Source of the DNA: Candidatus Pacearchaeota archaeon
Lineage (GTDB): Archaea; Nanobdellota; Nanobdellia; Pacearchaeales; GW2011-AR1
Length of the DNA: 64,000 bases
Assembly (NCBI GenBank): GCA_018221285.1
Contig: JAAOYJ010000024.1
Location: 13,156-77,155, forward strand
Direction: 5' to 3'
In this document: positions 62,698 through 64,000 of the stretch, piece after piece
Layout: every line of letters starts with the position of its first letter
Numbering within the stretch: the stretch's first letter is position 1
Made by a program: the position numbers and the translations under genes
Notes under the pieces: model-generated
Seen by the model: only the letters and a program-made list of their open reading frames with translations
What the model was told of the DNA's origin: nothing
The model's database searches: none

Positions 62698-62940
62698 ATG
62701 GCTAAAATAAAAGAGAAAAAATCTACTAAGGCTGTTAAAGAGAAAGTAGATAATAAGAAAGAAAGGATAAGTACAAAAATATTAATTTCTTTTGTCGTCG
62801 GGGTTATGTTATTACTATTAGCTTATGCTATAAAAAAGGTTGTTGATTGTGGTTTAAGTGATTGTTATTTAGGTGGTGCTGGTGCTGGTTCATTAATAGT
62901 CACATTAATATGGTTATTCGTTGAAAGCCTAAAACCTTAA
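62698..62940 (+). CDS. small membrane protein (80 aa)
   Basis: Basic N-terminus and two TM helices. Confidence 0.4.
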   Translation: MAKIKEKKSTKAVKEKVDNKKERISTKILISFVVGVMLLLLAYAIKKVVDCGLSDCYLGGAGAGSLIVTLIWLFVESLKP

Positions 62941-62965
62941 ATATATTAAAAATTTTAAAATTAAT

Positions 62966-63319
62966 ATGGTGGAAAAAATTGAAGAGAGGCAACATGAGAC
63001 TATGGTCAGAGTTCTTAAAAATTATTTGGAAGAAAAAGGTTACAAAGTAAAAGTAGAACCAGAAACTAAATCATATGCGGGTGTTAAAGCAGACGTTGAG
63101 GCAACAAAAGGAAAGGAAAAAATATGTTTTGAAATTGTTAATGGAGAGAGAATTGATACTCCTGAAATAAGGGCTAAGTGGGAGGCTATATCAGGGAATA
63201 GAGAATGGGATTTTAGTTTATTTGTTCCTCAAGACAAAGAGAAAGAAATAAAAGAACTATTGGAAAAATGGGCTATTTATTTCAGATACTTATGGGTATA
63301 TGCTCCTCAATCATTATAA
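62966..63319 (+). CDS. hypothetical protein; possible PD-(D/E)xK-like core
   Basis: GVKADVEATKGKEKICFEIV loosely fits a D...E-x-K nuclease-fold pattern. Weak evidence. Confidence 0.3.
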   Translation: MVEKIEERQHETMVRVLKNYLEEKGYKVKVEPETKSYAGVKADVEATKGKEKICFEIVNGERIDTPEIRAKWEAISGNREWDFSLFVPQDKEKEIKELLEKWAIYFRYLWVYAPQSL

Positions 63320-63360
63320 TAGACTTTCTACAAACCCAAAATCCACGAAACATTTAAATA

Positions 63361-63385
63361 GTATACATATGTGTGTATACACATA
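63361..63385. other. 25-nt perfectly alternating purine-pyrimidine tract containing the 12-bp palindrome TGTGTATACACA
   Basis: GTATACATATGTGTGTATACACATA read directly. GTATAC occurs twice, with related TGTACA and TGTATG just downstream. Confidence 0.6.
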
Positions 63386-63464
63386 GAGTGTACATGCTTC
63401 TGTATGTATGCCTCTTTTCAACCCTCTGCTGCACTGTAATGGTGCAGCAATTATATTCGATAAA

Positions 63465-63668
63465 ATGAAACTTAAGGAAAGAATTAAACAAAGAGATTTT
63501 AAGAAAAGTATGTCTAATGTTTTACTTGGTCTTATTGTGTCATTAGGAATCTATTATCTATTTCAGTTTACTAACGCTTCTGCAGAAACTTGGACTTTTT
63601 TAATTGTAACACTTCTTTTAATAATCTATTTTGAGTTATGCGATGTAACTAAGGAGCTATTAAGATAA
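63465..63668 (+). CDS. small membrane protein (67 aa)
   Basis: ATG 63465 preferred over the upstream alternative start; two TM helices. Confidence 0.35.
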   Translation: MKLKERIKQRDFKKSMSNVLLGLIVSLGIYYLFQFTNASAETWTFLIVTLLLIIYFELCDVTKELLR

Positions 63669-63669
63669 A

Positions 63670-64000
63670 ATGCCAGAATTATTTGACAACAAGATTTTGT
63701 GTAAGAAATGTAGTAAACAAATGGAAAAAGCAAAACTTACTAAAAATGGATTTTTATTTCGTGCGATGGCGTGCCCTAAGTGCGATCACAAATTGATTCA
63801 TCCTGTAGACAAACAGGAATATGATAAGTTTAAAAATCTAAAAAATAAGGAATTTAGAGTTAAAATGAGATTAGTTGGAAATAGTTATGCGGTTTCAATC
63901 CCGAAAGAGATTGTGTCGTTTATGAATGCGCAGGAGAAAGCAATGAATGATATGGTTAGATTATGTTTTGAGGATTTTGGAAGAGTGAGTTTAAATTTTG
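63670..64000 (+). CDS. zinc-ribbon + AbrB/SpoVT-type DNA-binding protein (3' end outside the window)
   Basis: Hand-translated as MPELFDNKILCKKCSKQMEK...CPKCDHKL, then RLVGNSYAVSIPKEIVSFM (AbrB/MazE-like swapped-hairpin motif). The ORF runs off the window end. Confidence 0.55.
   Translation, partial: MPELFDNKILCKKCSKQMEKAKLTKNGFLFRAMACPKCDHKLIHPVDKQEYDKFKNLKNKEFRVKMRLVGNSYAVSIPKEIVSFMNAQEKAMNDMVRLCFEDFGRVSLNF

Overview
AT-rich, densely packed archaeal chromosomal segment. This is judged by eye; no statistics were computed. The gene content is an archaeal informational core: FtsZ, MCM, TBP, ATP-dependent DNA ligase, aIF-1A, aIF-2beta, aRF1, RadB, topoisomerase IA, TFS, RpoL, L15e, NAC, Sec61beta, MetRS, ValRS, GatC/GatA and Taw3. 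There are also three intron-containing tRNAs. Small genes, many 4-nt start/stop overlaps, TTTTAAAA-type TATA boxes about 25-35 nt upstream of starts, and surface or membrane proteins of unknown function suggest a small-genome DPANN-type archaeon; this is inference only. The most unusual signal is non-coding. A mosaic GC-rich repeat family sits in at least 14 intergenic loci, and every copy found has the same + strand orientation. A repeat-like segment is also inserted in frame inside gatA. Other notable points: (1) a long RelA/SpoT homolog with a degenerate hydrolase motif, followed by a second divergent synthetase-like protein; (2) a diverged in-frame ghost of the aRF1 C-terminus downstream of its stop; (3) a relic of the MetRS C-terminal domain; (4) a gene bracketed by 23-26 nt direct repeats; (5) an MNT-HEPN pair chained by overlapping codons to gatC-orf-gatA; (6) a membrane-anchored AlbA_2/Schlafen-type protein; (7) two convergent TFS paralogs. 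No CRISPR array, transposase, integrase or rRNA was seen. Coordinates were counted by hand and may be off by 1-3 nt. All family assignments come from motif recognition, not database searches.
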